NCBI GenBank assembly: GCA_038087875.1 | Contig: CM075997.1 | Coordinates: forward strand, 1,676,001 to 1,740,000 | Length of the DNA: 64,000 bases | Direction of reading: 5' to 3' | Source: Malacoraja senta | Lineage: Eukaryota | In this document: positions 1 through 12,903 of the stretch, in pieces | How the letters are laid out: the number at the start of each line of letters is the position of its first letter | Numbering within the stretch: position 1 is the stretch's first letter | The notes under the pieces: model-generated | Database searches by the model: none | What the model was told of the DNA's origin: nothing | Seen by the model: only the letters and a program-made list of their open reading frames with translations | Made by a program: the position numbers and the translations under genes

Positions 1-262
1 CAATTAGGAGCAGACGAGGGCATTCGATCCAATTTGTGATTCCAGCTACCAAGACAGATGTGTACAGCAATTAGTTCTTCCCCCGCACAATTAAAGCATG
101 GAATAATCTTCACCCTACTATAGTTACCCAACCAGATGCAACTAAATTTAAGGTTGCTCTTTCTTCCCAAAAACCCTTTCTGGCTTGGTCCTCCCTCCAC
201 CACCTCCAGTTTAAATTCCATTTGGAATATTTTGGAGGACCAAGAAACCAAGAACCAAGAAG
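1..262 (+). mobile_element. 3' end of a CR1/L2-group LINE of a separate family, with (CCAAGAA)n tail
   Basis: Translates IRSRRGHSIQFVIPATKTDVYSN*FFPRTIKAWNNLHP, the FFPRT..WN.L C-terminal ORF2 motif. Ends in ccaagaaaccaagaaccaagaagaa. Confidence 0.65.
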
Positions 263-612
263 AATTAATTTTTAAGGTTCAGAGCCTTATTTAATTTAGA
301 AAAAATGGGGTCCTCTTACTGTGCCTCCTGTTGTGGGATTAACCTAAATTTAATCCTGAACTGCCCGGGGTCATAGTCTTACAGTATGGAAACAGGCCCT
401 TCGGCCCAATTTGCCCACACCAGTCAATATGGCCCATCTACCGTAGTCCCAGTTGCCTACATTTGGCCCATATCCTTCTAAACCTGACCTACCAATCTAA
501 TGTTTCTTAAACTTTGCAATAGTACCAGCCTGTTTAAAAACAATTCAAATGTAAATGTCTTAAAAATACGCTGACCAAAATTGTTCACAGTAGTAAATCA
601 TACCTTTTTCCT

Positions 613-1253
613 AGAGGCTTCTCACTTTTATAACAAGAGGAATCGAATATAGGAGCAAATAGGTCCTTCTGCAGTTGTACAGAGCCCTAGTGAGACCACA
701 CCTGGAGTATTGTGTGCAGTATTGGTCCCCTAATTTGAGGAAGGACATTCTTGCCATTGAGGGAGTGCAGCGTAGGTTTACAAGGTTAATTCCCGGGATG
801 GCGGGACTGTCATATGCTGAGAGAATGGAGCAGCTGGGCTTGTACACTCTGGAGTTTAGAAGGATGAGAGGGAATCTCATTGAAACATATAAGATTGTTT
901 AGGGCTTGGACACACTAGAGGCAGGAACCATGTTCCCGATGTTGGGGGAGTCCAGAACCAGGGGCCACAGTTTAAGAATAAGGAGTAAGCCATTTAGAAC
1001 GGAGACGAGGAAACACTTTTTCTCACAGAGAGTGGTGAGTCTGTGGAATTCTCTGCCTCAGACGGCGGTGGAGGCAGGTTCTCTGGATGCTTTCAAGAGA
1101 TAGCTAGATAGGGCTCTTAAAAATAGCAGAGTCAGGGGATATGGGGAGAAGGCGGGAACGGGGTACTGATTGGGAATGATCAGCCATGATCACATTGAAT
1201 GGCGGTGCTGGCTCGAAGGGTCAAATGGCCTACTCCTGCACCTATTGTCTATT
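613..1253 (+). mobile_element. CR1-clade LINE (HER1-like) 3' fragment
   Basis: ORF2 C-terminal motifs [26 protein letters not shown] and FFSQRVVSLWNSLP, with in-frame stops. The 3' UTR ends in gcacctattgtctatt. Many copies occur in the window. Confidence 0.9.
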
Positions 1254-1889
1254 TTGTTTTGGCATATGGACACTTGAATGCTGCCAGCTTCCAATGTGTC
1301 TTATTAGTGCTTATTAATTTATTTCATACAGCATGGAAATAGGCCCTTTGCCCCAATTTGTCCATGCCGACTAAGGTGTCTTCCTGAGCTAGTCCCATTT
1401 GACTCAAATCCCTCTAATCCTTTCCTGTCCATATATTTGTCCAAATTTAAGCATAGTAATTGTGCCTGCCTCTACCACTTCCTCTGGCATGTGGGGAGAA
1501 TAAAATGGAATTGGTGTAAATGGTAAGCGCAGACCTGTCGGCCAGTAACCTGTTTCCTTGCTGTATGGTGTTTGCACTCTGGAAATTATACAAGCATAGT
1601 TTGGAAAGAAAGCACTGGTAACTTTGCTTGATATACATTCTCAATTCCAGTCCTGAGCTAAATCAGCAAAGACCAGGATTCCAACCTAAAACCCTTTGTC
1701 ATTTTTTAACTTCACAGCGAGATGTACAAATTAAGCCATTTCAAAAGTCTGGTTTTAATTTTGTCAGTGAAGACGCCGCAATGTGCAATCTTTTTGAGAC
1801 ATTAAGATTTTTTATCTGATGCAGATATATTAAAATATACAGGAAATCCGATATCTACTCAGGATGGTTTTGTACCCTGTTTATTTTTG

Positions 1890-2175
1890 CGTTAGAGAAA
1901 CTGCGCGGAAACAGACACACCGAGTCCACGCCGACCAGCGATCCCTGTACACTAACCGACACACCAGGGACAATTTACAATCTTTACCGAAGGCAATTGA
2001 CCTTCGACCCTGTACATCTTTGGAGTGTGGGAGGAAACCAGAGCACCCAGAGAAAGCCGATGCGGTCAGGGGGAGAGCAAACAAACGCTGTACAGACAGC
2101 ACCCGTAGTCAGGGTCGAACCTGGGCCTCACGCTCTATAAGGCAGCATCTCTACCACTGCGCCTCTGGTGCCGCC
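1890..2175 (-). mobile_element. tRNA-derived SINE (HE1/V-SINE-like)
   Basis: Reverse complement shows A-box/B-box-like head (ggttcgaccc) and the body shared with 5968-6240 and 21837-22110. Confidence 0.8.
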
Positions 2176-2603
2176 TGGTTCACTCATTAGACTGGAGTTA
2201 GAGCCAGGTGGATAAGTTGGGCCAAAGTTCCAGAATCTGAGCTTAGTGTGTGGTTGGGGCCTGAGTCGGAACACACGCAGGTTTCTCAGCCGGAGTTGGG
2301 ATCAGGATCTTGGGTCGATCTCAGTTGAAGTTGGGTTCTCCGGTGCTTGTGTTCTGTTTGTATTGACACATTTTACAAATTCAGTTTGACACTCCCTCTA
2401 AACCTGCAGGTTTACTGAAAACAAAATGATTAGACTATGTAATGTGTTATAAACGGAAATAAGTGTTGCAGTAACGTCCAATAGCCATGGAATTCTGCTC
2501 ACCTGTCATCGTTAAAGTTGTAACAGTGCACGTACTGAATTATCTGAGTTATATTGCATAATGTCTTTGCTTCAAATTGAAATATTTTTTCTTCTATTCT
2601 TAG

Positions 2604-2735
2604 ATCACAGCCTTGTTCTGCAGGAAAAGGATTGTGCAGTGAATACAATAGCTGGAGCAATGAAAAGCTTCTTCTCAGAGCTTCCTGAGCCACTGGTTCC
2701 ATATAACGCCCAGGTTGAGCTGGTGGATGTTAGCA
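2604..2735 (+). CDS. ARHGAP35: p190A RhoGAP, internal coding exon (RhoGAP domain), 132 nt
   Basis: Polypyrimidine tract and tag acceptor (2601-2603), gtaagt donor at 2736. Translates (D)[43 protein letters not shown], matching recalled human p190[45 protein letters not shown]. Phase 1 at both ends. Confidence 0.95.
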
Positions 2736-2859
2736 GTAAGTATCAGGCCAGTTAAATTCTGTGGTAGAGAGCACATGTCCTTCACGTACTTGGAGCAGAT
2801 CACGGGGTTTATGGTGTTTCTTGAATGGCAGTCACCAAACAAACATGACTCTTTAACAC

Positions 2860-2990
2860 ACAGCGGTTTGTGGGATTGTGCTGTTTATAAGTTGGCTGAT
2901 GTCTTTCCCACTTTGATTACATTGGACAGTACTTCAGTGGCAGGGTAGCACTTTTTGTGATAACTTGAAGCTGCATAAATGCTTCATATT
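2860..2990 (+). mobile_element. Decayed DeuSINE/AmnSINE-like 3' segment in ARHGAP35 intron
   Basis: gcggtttgtgggattgtgctgtttataagttggctgatgtctttcccac...tacttcagtggc...agcactttt resembles the recalled Deu-domain tail gctgtttgtgggatcttgctgtgcgcaaattggctgccgcgtttcctac...tacttcattggctgtaaagcgcttt. Confidence 0.5.
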
Positions 2991-3367
2991 CTCAGTGCAT
3001 TGTCGTATAAATGGGGAACAACCTGATTAAGAGCTAAGTGTAGGAAGGAACTGCAGATTCTGGTTTAAACCTAGGATAGACACAAAATGTTGGAGTAACT
3101 CGGCGTGACAGGCAGCATCTCTGGCGAGAAGGGTTGGGTAATGTTTCAGGTCGAGACCCTTCTTCAGACTAGAGATTTTATCTTGAATAAGAGCTAACCT
3201 GTCCTTAATGTGAGGATTATCCCTGTAAATAATACAGAATTGCCCCATCCGTCACCACCTCTACCCTTCCTTAAAGATTAGGCCCTTCATAGAATTATTT
3301 TTCGCTGAGAATCTTGTGTTAGCATCTTGTCTTTGGGCATCAAATACATTAATTTATTGTTTGGAAT

Positions 3368-3960
3368 CAATAGACAATAGGTGCAGGAGTAGGCCATTTG
3401 GCCCTTCGAGCCAGCACTGCCATTCAATGTGATCATGGCTGATCATCCCCAATCAGTACCCCGTTCCTGCCTTCTCCCCATATCCACTGACTCCGCTATT
3501 TTTAAGAGCTCTATCTAGTTCTCTCTTGAAAGCATCCAGAGAACCTGCCTCTGAGGCAGAGAATTCCACAGACTCACCACTCTGTGAGAAAATGTGTTTC
3601 CTCATCTCCGTTCTAAATGGCTTACTCCTTATTCTTAAAGGTTTTTTCCTGAATGCAGTGTCTTTTACCCCCTGTAGGGAAACCAAGAACCAGAGTGTGT
3701 AGGTTTGTGGTGAGAGGGGCAACATGAGAGGTAATCTTTTCGCTCGGAGGGCGGTGGATATATGGAACGATCTACAAGAGGAGGTAGTTGAGGCAGATAT
3801 AACAGCATTTAAAAGGCACTTGGGCAGGTACATGGATAGGAAAGGTTTAGAGGAATGTGGGCTAAACCCAGGCAAATGAGACCAGCTTGGATGGGGGGCA
3901 TCTTGGTCGACGTGGACAAGTTGGGCCAAAGCGCATGTTTCTGTGCTATATGATTCTATA
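3368..3960. mobile_element. Two abutting CR1 fragments in opposite orientation (minus 3368-3637, plus about 3640-3960)
   Basis: The minus part is the reverse complement of 975-1250. The plus part has the tail ending ttgggccaaagcgcatgtttctgtgctatatgattctat. Confidence 0.8.
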
Positions 3961-4632
3961 CATTGCAATACTGTCAGATGGGTATGTTTATAATTTTAGA
4001 CCCAGTGACATTAAATAAATTATGATGCAGCATTGAGTCGGGATGGTTTGGAACAGAATATGAAGAAGAAAGTTCCAATGTGCTTGCTGCCCTCATCCTC
4101 CATTAGAAGTGGAGTCGGAGCAGTTTGGATGAGTATAATAATTCACTGTAGACCAGCAATCCTGTGATTTGAAGTTGCATCAGATGGATCTGCTTAAACT
4201 GTGTAGGAAGGAACTGCAGACGTTGGTTTAAACCGAAGATGGACACAAAAAGCTGGAGTAACTCAGCGGGACAGGCAGCATCTCCGGAGAGAAGGAATAG
4301 GCGAGGCTTCGGATCGAGACCCTTCTTCAGACTGAGAGTCGGGGGAAGGGGAAACGAGAAATATAGACGGTGATGTAGAGAGATATAGAACAAATGAATG
4401 AAAGATGATAAAAGAAACAGGCCATTGTTAGCTGTTCGCTTAAGCTATTGAGTTATGCAATACTCCGAACCATTCCCAGGTGTGAGAAATAAACTGCCTT
4501 CCATTTTCTATTTCCACTGCAGGACGAAGGGTCCCCATAGCGAGTAATGGGCACGAGTCCAGCTACTGCCGTTCCGACATAACCCGTCATCACTCGATCT
4601 CGGTATTAACTTACTTGTTTTTCTTCCCTCAG

Positions 4633-4738
4633 AAACACCTGATAAAGAGCTGAGGCTGAATGCACTTAAGGAGGTGTTGAAGAAGTTTCCAAAAGAGAAT
4701 TATGAGCTCTTCAAGTATGTCATTACCCACTTAAACAA
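4633..4738 (+). CDS. ARHGAP35: p190A RhoGAP, penultimate coding exon, 106 nt
   Basis: ttcttccctcag acceptor and gtaagt donor at 4739. In frame with the previous exon: [36 protein letters not shown] (recalled human [36 protein letters not shown]). Too short for the ORF track. Confidence 0.95.
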
Positions 4739-5967
4739 GTAAGTAATTGCTCGGTGCATGCAGTAAGACTATCATAAATTAAGGTGGTGATTATTAATTG
4801 TCCAAGCCATATAATCTTGCTGAGCACACCACAAGCCAATAGCTGTGTTGACCCTTAATATTGCAACTCATTTTAAAGTAAAAAATCTCAAAAGCGATTT
4901 AAAGTCTCGGAATTCCCAGGGTTTATATGATAGACGATCTATCTTTGTAGCCCTGCCAATACTACCATACTAATTGCACACGGATAAAGATAAAAATATT
5001 GACATTATTTTAGATATTGTTAGAAAAGTGATCTGTATTATTCTCTTTGGTATTTTTGTATTTCACGAGCCGGACTAATTGCCTGCACTGCTTTGATGCA
5101 GGCATAAATCTATTTTGAAAATGATGATGAATGCATGTAGAAATAGCAGAAACGGGGATTTAATATGCATTAAATTAAATAACCCCTACAGGAACATAAG
5201 CAGCAGGGAAGTGAATCTTTGTGTGTCAAAAAGGATCAAACTTTCAGGCTCTGTTTAAAACCTTAAGTGCAGTATAGCTTCTATTATTCATTGTCCCAAA
5301 GGATGTATCCTTGATTATTCTCCAGTCTGTTGTGGTTTGAATCTTTACATTATGCTGTCTGATGTAACGGCATATTCTTTTGTCAGTTGTAACTCAACCT
5401 AACAATCCAAGAAGGATTTAATGTAACTTGAATTAGATATTTGGTCTTCTTTCCATGCCCAAACTATCACTCAACAGATTGCCAACAGCCTGAATTTGTT
5501 TCAGTGTGTTTTTGATCATGCATCTGGAAAGAAGCCCATCTGTCTTCAAAGTTTGCTCTGATCCTCAATCAACCCTCGGCACTAATCCCATTTTATTTTC
5601 CTCAAACCCACACCCAACCTTCTACATTCTCCCATTTGTGGACCGCTGTGGACCAATGGACCATTTTGGGCTCCTTGGCCATCGGTGCCACGTCTTATTG
5701 TTCTGTACCGTTTCATACCTCTAGTTTCCCTCTCCCCTGACTCTGTCGGAAGAAGGGTCTCGATCCGAAACGTCACTATTCCTTTTCTCAAGAGATGCTG
5801 CCTGGACCCGCTGAGTTTCTCCAGCATTTTATGTTTATCTTCGGTGTAAACCAGCATCTGCAGTTCCTTCCTGCACACCTTGGATTGATTCTTTGTTAAG
5901 TGCTGGATTAAGTTTAGTAATTCAAAGGCAGTGGAGAGGCAGTATTTGACAGGGAGTAATTAAATTA

Positions 5968-6240
5968 AGTGGCGCAGCTGCAGAGTTGTCACCTTGCAGT
6001 GCCAGAGACTTGGGTTTGATCCTGATTACAGGTGCTGTCTGTATGGAGTTTGTCCGTTCTCCCTGTGACCTGCGTGGGTTTTCTCCGGGTGCTCTGGTTT
6101 CCTCACACGTCCGAAAGACATACAGATTTGTGGGTTAATTTGCTTGGTAGAATTTGTAAATTGTCCCTAATGTGTGCGGGGATTGCTGGCTCAATGCGCC
6201 TTAGGGCCTGTTTCCATACTGTATGTAAACTAAACTAAAA
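5968..6240 (+). mobile_element. tRNA-derived SINE (HE1/V-SINE-like), about 80 nt upstream of the last exon acceptor
   Basis: A-box tggcgcagctg, B-box gggtttgatcc, central ggagtttgtccgttctccctgtgacctgcgtgggttttctcc, LINE-like tail gggcctgtttccatactgta followed by (aaact)n. Confidence 0.85.
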
Positions 6241-6318
6241 AGAATTGAGGATTTTTATTTTATTTTTTTATTTTTTGCTCTGTGTGTGCTGTTTACACAA
6301 GAATCCTTTTCATTCCAG

Positions 6319-6613
6319 AGTCAGTCAGAACTGCAAGTTGAATCTGATGAACAGTGAAAACCTCTCCATCTGCTTCTGGCCCACGCTCATGAGACCGGAC
6401 TTCCAGACCATGGACGCGCTGACAGCCACCAGGACGTACCAGACCATCATCGAGGTCTTCATTCATCAGTGCCCTTTCTTCTTTTACGACAGGCCAATGG
6501 TGGAACTGATCAGCACCATCCCCAGTTCCCCCACCTCGAACACTGCGTTCCAGTGCCCTTCGCCGGTAGCCATGATCCCTTCGCCACCACAATCACCACC
6601 GCCGACACCTTAG
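6319..6613 (+). CDS. ARHGAP35: p190A RhoGAP, coding part of terminal exon (end of GAP domain plus Pro/Ser-rich tail)
   Basis: ttttcattccag acceptor. Reads [59 protein letters not shown]...[10 protein letters not shown], then TAG at 6611-6613. [15 protein letters not shown] and [10 protein letters not shown] are characteristic of p190A rather than p190B/ARHGAP5. Confidence 0.95.
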
Positions 6614-9493
6614 AGGCCACACCTGCAACATCTGTGAGCACAGCTGCAAACGGAACAGCCAAGTAAACTGTGAATTTGGTCACAAAACGATACCAGATAC
6701 AGTAGCTGGGTTCTTTTCAAGACTTGCCTTGGGTTGAAGAACCCCTTTCTGTTGTGCAAAGCAGTGTAATCAAAGTTACAAGTGATGTGGCACTAAGGAA
6801 ATTTGGTTAAGTACCCAAGCACTGGAGTTTATAAAATCCCATAGACTGCAAAACAAGCAGCCCGTGACTTTTGTGGGCTCTGTTTTAAAAAAACCCTCAA
6901 ATAGCACAGATTCCGCAGCAGAATGATTTCTCGAAATGCACATTTAAACAGTTAATCATACAGACAAACTCTTCCACTTACTTAATTTATACCTTGTTCC
7001 CTTTCTAAGCAATTGTAGAAACCTGTTTTTAATTTCTCAATAGCGCCAATTCATGTTTAGAGAATTGTTTTCGCCGATCATGTGCTGCTATTTTAACCTT
7101 TCTTAGAAAAGAGACGTATTTCAGGCGGACTGAGGATTCGCAGCGGCTGTCCGCCGTGCTTGACGGGGCACATGGCAGTGCAGTGTGTGAGTGCGAGGAG
7201 TTATCCTAGGGGAGGGAATGAGCAAGCCCAGCATGTAAATGTGCGTCTGCAAAGATGACACATTGGGTGAGCCTTTCCAACCTTGGGGCCTCTGTTTTTA
7301 TGGAACGAACACGCACACACACACACACACACTAATGAACTTGTACAGATCAAAACTGCGTGTCTCAAGGTTCTGTAGAGCTTATAGTTAAGAGGTTTGT
7401 CTTCATAATAATGACTTAAAGAGCAGCTGCATGAAAGTGCTTTGTACAAAATGAAATTTAATGCTGGTTTTCTCCAATATGGTCGCTGTTTCTACAGCTA
7501 ATGTTTGTTGGACTTCTGAACCTTTTTTCCCCCCCTCGTTCTCACTGGTTTGATCTGTTTCTGGTTAGCCAATTCCTAATTTGGTTTCCTTCAAAATCCC
7601 AGTTAGGCTGCTTTAGATTTTTTTTTTGCCATTGATCATTCCTTGGCGGGGAAAGGGAGGGGTTTCATCGGCACTAATTCCATCTTCTCCCCTCCCTCGC
7701 CACTAAACTGGCCAGATAAGTGCACGGTGCCAAATTGGAGCCCTTCAGGGCCCAAGGATAGCTTCCTGCTCACCAAATGTGTCAGTCCAATCCATGCCCA
7801 AATTCTTCATTTGGAGGACCAAAATCCTTGGGTTGAAGGACTTGGTCCTTTCATATCACCAGAAACGGTCGAAAGGGTTTTCTCTTTTGTTTCTCTTCCC
7901 CTCTCCGCCTCCACCACCACCTGTGAAGTTGCACAGTATATAACAGTCTTGGCTAGTACCACTCATCTGTCCTGGCAGTAGTTAAGGCGGTTTTAGGATG
8001 TGGCTTCCTCTCGGATAGCTTAAATTTTTAAAATGTAATAAAATGCTTGTGTGGCATGTTAGCACGTGCACGATCTATTAAGGTTTTATAGCCATCCTAG
8101 GGTGGGGCAGTCCTGTTGTGTCCACAGAGACCATAAATTCTTCGGGAAGAGTTAGGTTTAACAGTACTAACTGTGGGAAGTCTTTGATCTCTGCTGCCCC
8201 TTGCCGTACTTGGGGGAAACCCCCCCCAATGGTTTAATGCTTGAAGAATGACCAAAATTGATGTGATTATTAGGGGGGGGGAGGGGGGCACTGCCCATGG
8301 AATCGTACCTCAGCACCAGTCAGTGCTAGGAGAGTGGAAGAAGGGGTTGGCATGGAGGAGATTCTGTCAACACTAATGAACATTTCCAGCTTCATGCCTG
8401 ACACGGTTCACTTTCAACGCCTCGTCTGAAGACCACATAAGAGATTCCTCTTTTTTAAATACTCTAAAAGTACCAATTCCACTGAATGTGGGAACATTCA
8501 CTACTCGGACACTACATAACACAGAGATTCACCATTCAGTGAGGTTATTAGCTATGAAGTATGCTGTTGACCATTTTGGTGATTTGTCGTGGAGCTGTCC
8601 CGACCTGTCTTGAGTTTGTGGCCAATCATGTGCTTCAGGGCCAGGGGGCAAATCCATCATTACCTGGCTAATTATTTCTTTCAGCATTTTTTTTTCCCCG
8701 CATAGGGCTGTGCCAGTGAATCTATTTTAAAACACTTAGTCGATCTAAGTATCAAACTCTGCCAGTTTGGGTATGGTAGTACTAATTGCAATCTCCAATA
8801 ACTGAACAACTCTAAAATGTAATGTGTTTGCCTGTGTGTTTCTTTTGTAACAAATCAATGTTGTGTGTATTGACTGGGCAAAATGTGAAGTGGACTACCC
8901 AGTAATCAACTGTTTGCTGTACCAGATCTATCATTCAATTTTGAAATATTTTTTTTTTGCAAACGTATATCTCAATGTTTGAGGAATTGATTGTTCAGTT
9001 TCTGTGTCAAAAACCTTTTACAATGTGTCGGCACAGTCCTTGTGTCCCAGGTATGATTGTTAGGGCTGGTGGATGTTGGAGAGGTTAAGATGTGTAGTAA
9101 CTTGCTGATTGAATCATTACCCCAAATTATCCAAGCTAATGTTTCTAGGAAAAAAAACAATTAAATTGTGCTCTGATACACTTTGCGATTTGTTTTAGAA
9201 TTGAAGGGGGGGGGGGGGGGGGGGAGAGAGAGAGAGAGAAAATGCTTTTTTTTTTTTTTGCGATTTGGATAGGAATTTTACCTTCTGATGTGGTCTGACT
9301 GGACTGCTAATATCTACAGTAACTGGTCTGATGAGAGTATCAAACATGCATGAATGGTCGATGGACTGCCTTTATTTAGTGCCACATGGTGCAGTGGATA
9401 ATTGACCTGCTTATCAGAGGTCTTGCCTTTCAACAGAAGGCAGTTTGGCCTGGTAACAGGAGTGCCTTTCATAACTCATTTTGAGTTTGATTT

Positions 9494-9708
9494 AAGGTAG
9501 ACAAAAATGCTGGAGAAACTCAGCGGGTAAGGCAGCATCTATGGAGCGAAGGAAATAGGTGACGTTACGGGTCGAGACCCTTCCAGAGAAGGACATAGGC
9601 GACGTCACCTATTCCTTCGCTCCATAGATGCTGCCTCACCTGCTGAGTTTCTCCAGCATTTTTGTCTACCTTCGATTTTTCCAGCATCTGCAGTTCCTTC
9701 TTTAAAAA
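9494..9708. mobile_element. Fold-back (inverted pair) Penelope-like terminal fragment with target-site duplication
   Basis: aaggtagacaaaaatgctggagaaactcagc... (from 9494) is the reverse complement of ...gctgagtttctccagcatttttgtctacctt (to 9672). Flanked by TTGAGTTTGATT at 9481-9492 and 9709-9720. Confidence 0.8.
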
Positions 9709-10236
9709 TTGAGTTTGATTAAGCTACCTACTTCCACCAATTTTAACATGCATTAAACACAAACCACTGACAAAATCGACCAATGCCATCACATCTAAGA
9801 GCAAATGGGTCCGTTTCAGAGCAAATAACACAGTCAGTTGACCCGGATGGCTAAGTGGCTCCAAAATGGATGCATGTTAAATAATTGGTCTGTCTTGTAC
9901 AACGTTGTATGCATTGAGCCATTCTCTTCTCTCTTTCTCCCCTCCCACCTCCTCCACCCTTCCAGATGCATGCACATGCCTAAAGTTACACAGACTGGGC
10001 TGCCTAATCTTCAATTTCTCGTGCTGAATTTGGATTGGGGGAAAAAAGGTTAAGTTGTAACTGTATAAAATTAATCCATATTTCCAAACTTTTGAGAAGA
10101 TGAGATATAATTGCTGTGAATTGACAAAGCAGCCAAGTGGACTATTGTTGAGTGTGCTTTGGAATCTCTCTCTTCCCCTCACTCTGCCATCCATGATGTG
10201 TCGTAGAACGGTACATAAACAGCACATGGGTTTTCA

Positions 10237-10500
10237 AGTTGCTGCCTTCCAGAGACCCGTGTTCGATCCAGACTACGGATGTTGTCAGTACGCTTATCCC
10301 GTGACCGCGTGGGTTGTCTCTGAGATCTTCGGTTTCCTCCCACACTCAGAAGACGTACAGGTTTGTAGGTTAATTGGCTTGGTATAAATGTAAAATTGTC
10401 CCCAGTGTGTGTAGGATAGTGTTAACGTGTGGGGATCGCTAGTCAGTGCGGACTCAGTGGGCCAAAGGGCCTATTTCCGTGCTGTATCTCTAAACTAAAC
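10237..10500 (+). mobile_element. tRNA-derived SINE (HE1/V-SINE-like)
   Basis: B-box gttcgatcc, same body as other copies, tail gggccaaagggcctatttccgtgctgtatctctaaactaaac. Confidence 0.85.
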
Positions 10501-12233
10501 AGAACAAGAAGCTCGTGGTGTTCTACGCATCATTTTCCCTTCCACATTGAGGCTCTGACGTACACTTTGAGGAGGCAATTTAAATCAGCCATGCCAGCAA
10601 ATGCAGACAAATTATTGGACCTGGTTTTAAGAGCTATCTGCTTTGTTTTGGAAATAATTAAGTTTGTTCAATTTACTCAAACATAGACCTTGTTTTTTAT
10701 ACTTTGCGAATCTATCTTCAGGTGGGAAATGGGTGTTTAATATTTCAAATTGCAATCTAAATGTTGCTGCATATCTGACCATTGCTGTATCTATCAAAAT
10801 AGTTCATTGTGGAAGGGGAGGATTAGTCCCTGAGTTTCATCATAATCATTTGCCATGGGAGAGTTCCTGGCTTTCAGTATGGCTCTGCTGGTTGCTGCCA
10901 CCACCTTGCATGCTCCCTCTCAAACGACGCACTACTTGACCACTTGTGTGCTGTCAACTCGTGTTGTGTGGATGTGATGAAGTCACCAAGTATTCCAGGA
11001 TCATGTTCAAACCTCTCATCATGTCCGCTCCTTCCTCTCGAGTTAAAGTCACTGGTGAAATCTCTAACCCTGGTTTTGTGTTTTAACCTGAGAACGTTTG
11101 GATGAAGTGAACATTGGCAGAGAATTGGGGGGGAAGAGAGAAGTATTGTCTATTCAACCCATGTTAACATTGCACCACTTAACAAATGTGGCTTCATGTG
11201 CCCAATGTGTGTTTTGAAGAGGCAGGAATTTAAGCATAGGATTAGAAGCAAGCTAAATAGCCACAGATATAAAAGGCAATTAAGGTTGCTACTTTTAGCA
11301 CATACTGACAGCATTTATTTTTCTGATATAATTGTGGACAATGCATCCTATTCTAGCTTTTCTAAGCATTTGTAGTTTGGGGGATTTTTGCACAGTTTCC
11401 TATTGGGACAATTTGCACTTTAAGCTTAGGTTTGTTGTGGTATTATCCCCTTGAAGGCTAATCTTAAATGTTGTCAGGCTAGGATCAACGGTTGAACTTC
11501 AGGTGTCCCTTGTTGCCAAATTTACCCTTTTAGTGGCTGGCTGCGCAATGAATTTGTGCAAGATTTTCCTTGTTCATCCGTTCAACCAAGGCAGTTTAAC
11601 CATTTTTAAGTGACTGATTCCAAGGACGAAATGCAGTCGGAGGAATTTCACGGAGCCTTTTCACATCAATATTCAATAGCTTCAAGGCAAAATATTCCTT
11701 GTCAATAAACCTACAATCTTGGGAATGGGTTAAGACCTGGATGGCGAAATAAATATCATTTGGTGGGCATGGAGGAAAAAAAAACTCGCCTAAATTTAAG
11801 TGCAGACCCTGAGCACGGGAAGATCCTTATATTTACACTTTATATAAATATGGTGATCTAGAATACATGGGATGGAGTTGCATTTTTATCTTTAACAACA
11901 TTATTTGTAATAGAATTATTGCCCATAAACCTTTAAGGACAGGCAGACATCTTCCCTATTCCTTGGCCACCATTTCTGTGTTCCTTTCCCCCGAACAGAT
12001 TATACTCATGCCCCTGTGTCTGTAATTATCAATCAGGCATTGTATCAGTGGTCAAACTATCCTCCACCATCCCCATATAAAACCAAGCCAAAAGATGTTC
12101 CACTGTCTGCAACATTTTACCTTCTGCATGGTAATCTTCTCTTTACACTCTCCATCTTTGTTTTAACGTGTGCTGGAAGCCGGAGAGATGCAGTAAATCA
12201 GAGAGTGAACACTCGGTAGTTATTAGGCTTTTG

Positions 12234-12414
12234 ATAGACGCAAAAACTGGAGTAACTCAGCGGGTCAGACGGCATCTCTGGAGAAAAAGAATAGGTGACG
12301 TTTCGAGAAGAAAGTGTCTCGACCCAAGACTTTTTCTCCAGAGTAACCCGCTGAGTTACTCCAGCTTTTGTGTTTAACTTTGGTTAATCCAGCATCTGCA
12401 GTTCCTTCTTACAC
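12234..12414. mobile_element. Fold-back Penelope-like terminal fragment
   Basis: ctggagtaactcagcggg... pairs with ...cccgctgagttactccag. Degenerate flanking duplication agttattaggcttttg / agttatcagtctttg. Confidence 0.7.
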
Positions 12415-12903
12415 AGTTATCAGTCTTTGCCATGTTAGTCTGATCAAGTGGAAAGTGTGACTTAAAGAATCCTATAGTCAGGGTGGTTTCAGCACTATAT
12501 CCAGTGAGCCTGAGGTAAAGCTACCTGCAATTCATCAATGCATAGAAATCCTCATTGACAGGCAAGAACGGTTGCTGTAATCTGTGTGTCGTAGAAGGTT
12601 GCAGAGTAGGATAAGAAACAGTGCAAGTGTTGAGGCTGATTGTGGGCAAACCTGAAAGGTTCCCAAAGTAGGAAAATCATTCTTCCCTGTGAAAACCGCA
12701 CAAACTATGTCATTTTAAGTAAATGCGCATTTGAACCGTGTCAATTTTAAACTTTCTTTACTTGTCTAGGGCACATGTCACTTGCTGAAAAGGGTCCAGG
12801 TCAGCTGACTGTCCTGACCCCCACGATTGTGAGCAGGGGATGTTCTAGAATCTAAAAAAAGATTTCCCCAGATCCTTGTGCCAGTGCAGTAGGGATGGTG
12901 CAG

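Noticed and set aside
2604..6613. Assignment to ARHGAP5 (p190B)
   Set aside because: [34 protein letters not shown] and [10 protein letters not shown] match recalled p190A, not p190B.
6611..6673. Programmed stop-codon readthrough of ARHGAP35
   Set aside because: Two stops would have to be read through, and neither context (TAG AGG, TGA GCA) matches the known TGA-CTAG type motif. Decay after truncation is simpler.
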